From Octopus vulgaris (taxonomy: Eukaryota): a DNA stretch of 64,000 nucleotides. Positions 61,681-64,000 of the stretch are shown here, piece after piece; position 1 is the first letter of the stretch; every line of letters starts with the position of its first letter. A program made the position numbers and the translations under genes. The stretch is from positions 137,826,001 through 137,890,000 of the forward strand of contig OX597815.1 in NCBI GenBank assembly GCA_951406725.2, in the 5' to 3' direction. A model generated the notes under the pieces. The model searched no databases and was not told the DNA's origin. It saw only the letters and a program-made list of their open reading frames with translations.

Positions 61681-62087
61681 AATATATAATACATTTTTAA
61701 TATTGCTTTGTTTTACAAAAGAAATTACTACCTGCTGTTGTACCTCTTTCTCTCATACTTTGACTCTTCACCTCATAGCATAAAGCTGCCTCCCTTGGGC
61801 AAGTTGCATAATGACCTCACTAGTGCTGGTGACACAGTAAAAGTATCCTGTATATACTGTAAAGGGCATCCAGCTATAGCAACCATACCAAAACAGGTAC
61901 TGGGACATGACACAATTCTTGGACCCACTGGATCTTGTCAAACTGTCCAACCCACACCAACTTGGATTATGGGGCATTTAAATGATGATGTTTCTATTGA
62001 AAGTTTTCTTCCTTCACATTTGTTTTGTTCTTTTACAACCAGTAAAGTATTGTTTGGAAGTATTCCAAGCCCTGTGTTCTTATATTA

Positions 62088-62631
62088 ATCGTCTGGAAGC
62101 CGTTCAGTGATGTGCAACCAAAAGAATACCCTCCATCAGGCATTTGCTATATTCTGAACGCCTTACTTCCCTGGGCATGGACACATTGGAACTCCGACAT
62201 CTGGCAGCTGACTTGGCAGACACCCATAAAATTATTAACCATCTTATAAACAATAACTCTGAGCACCTTTTCAAACTCCACCCGTCTAACACCCGTGGAC
62301 ATATTTACAAAGTCAGAAAACAGCACAGCTCCCATGACTTTAGGAAACATTTTTTCACGCTGAGAGTTGCTGAAGCATGGAACAAACTGCCGGCATCAGT
62401 TGTTAGTTGTTGGAGCACTGCATCCTTCAAAACTTCCATGCTTTCTGAGATTCGCCAACACTACACCTGATTTTCTCCCCTCCATACACACACAAGCATG
62501 TATCTGACTCATATATTGTTTGCTTTCCAGACATTTGTACATTACTGCATATACTTTATACGCACTTTCTGACAAGTTGTGGTGCACCTGAGCACTGTAT
62601 ACAATAATTTCATTATTATATTATTATTATT
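62088..62631 (+). mobile_element. CR1/L2-group LINE 3' end
   Basis: YSERLTSLGMDTLELRHL..HFFTLRVAEAWNKLP; (TTA)n tail; the same 3' tail appears decayed at ~235-398. Confidence 0.9.
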
Positions 62632-64000
62632 GAAAGAGTAATTGATCCTTGAAAGTCACATTAATTGCATTGATAGAGTTAAAGAACTAATGGATAGATT
62701 GAGAGTTTATGTCCCAATACTGTGCTATGTTTACAACCAAAATAGTCAATTCTCTCAAATGATTCAAACTACCTAGACTGAAAGTGTATATCATGGGTAG
62801 TGTCTCTCACTGCTGGTACTATAAACAATAGGAGAATTGGCTAATCAAGATTTCATTAGCATGTAGTGTAGAATATAGTATAGCTTGGAGAAGGTATCTC
62901 CAAGCTGACTCATACTTCTCAAAGTTAATTGCAGGTGCCACTATGGCCTTGTGGATAATGCAACTGCTGCAGTAAATCCCAAAGTTACTTAGGGTTTAGT
63001 GAATCACCAGAAACATTCACTAGTTGAATGGTTACATTTAATTCAAAAAAGCATGTTTCTATGAAATGTCTTTATTTAAGCCAAAGATGGGGTGTCAAAA
63101 GTTCTTGATTTATACTGCTTTCCTTAGAAAACTGATGCAATGTTGTGGCAGAACAATAAAAAACCAAACTGAGGACCTTAGTTGAAGGAAGAAATAAGAA
63201 ACCTGATAGACTGTTAGTTTTGAGGTTAGACTGAAGTTCTGCAAGGAAAGAATTCTTAAGAGCTGCAATTCTTAAGGAATCAGATTGTTTAGTATGGCTT
63301 AGAGAAATGTCACAAGAGACCAGTAGGTTTGCTCACAGGTTGCTAGTTCAGAGAAGTAAAACTGTTGTAACTTAGAGAAAATGTTAAACTTCTGAGTAAG
63401 CATTAAAAAAGGTAAATGATTCAGAAACAATGTTAAATAATTTGAAATGATAATTTAGTCTCACTTGAAGCACAACCATTTCTAACACTAAGAAGAAAAT
63501 GTGTATTTGTGTATTGCATCTTCTGTCAACATAATATTGTTTTGATAGAAGATATTGATGGGTAAGTAATTGACGTGTTGGTGAATATGGGCTAGTATGT
63601 GAAGTAGTAGCAGCAGCAATGTTTCGTGAACAGTACTTGAATATGAATCTTACTTGAGCTTTGTTGCAACTGGATCAGGAGAAAAGTGTTTTTCGATTCT
63701 GTAAATGAAGTCTATTACAATGTAGTTTAATATATATATATATACTAATCATTCTATCATTATTTGATACCTCTCTTCTATGGGTTAGGTGATTTGATAC
63801 GATTTGAGGAGTTAGAGTATTGTACTTCGGTATCTGTTATGGCAAAGTTTCTATAGTTGGATGCCACGTTACAGAGTGTACTGGGCACTATTTCTTTTCT
63901 TTCTGTGCCACCAGCACTAATAAGGTCGCCTTGTAGCTTGTAAAAGTAAGATTCCCCTCGACTGAACAGGATTATAGTAGAGAGGGGTGGCTTTATGTTA

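Noticed and set aside
62640-64000. Second gene downstream of SMCR8
   Set aside because: No convincing exon or ORF; it looks like decayed repeats.

Overview
AT-rich, repeat-dense animal genomic DNA; the SINE/RTE repeat families and microsatellite load look like octopus (inference). One + strand gene dominates the window. I reconstructed 18 GT-AG coding exons (8581..60248, 2243 nt, all phases consistent, ~746 codons) encoding the central and C-terminal part of an SMCR8 orthologue (C9orf72-SMCR8-WDR41 complex subunit). Its N-terminal longin exons lie upstream of the window. The introns hold RTE LINE remnants and many copies of their (GAT)n-tailed 3' UTR, CR1/L2-type and BovB-type 3' ends, a Penelope-like element with a ~1.1 kb inverted duplication, a solo LTR with TSD, mariner, hAT and piggyBac-type relics, and several tRNA-derived SINE families. 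The most unusual signal is a set of Penelope-type minimal hammerhead ribozyme motifs in the introns. One sits behind a tRNA (Pol III) head, and one lies in the sense orientation inside a long fold-back. Other points of interest are a canonical LIR-like motif (EEWDII) in the SMCR8 linker and an in-frame exon-skipping option. Almost all supplied short ORFs are repeat or microsatellite artefacts. Protein similarities are recalled from memory, not from a database search.
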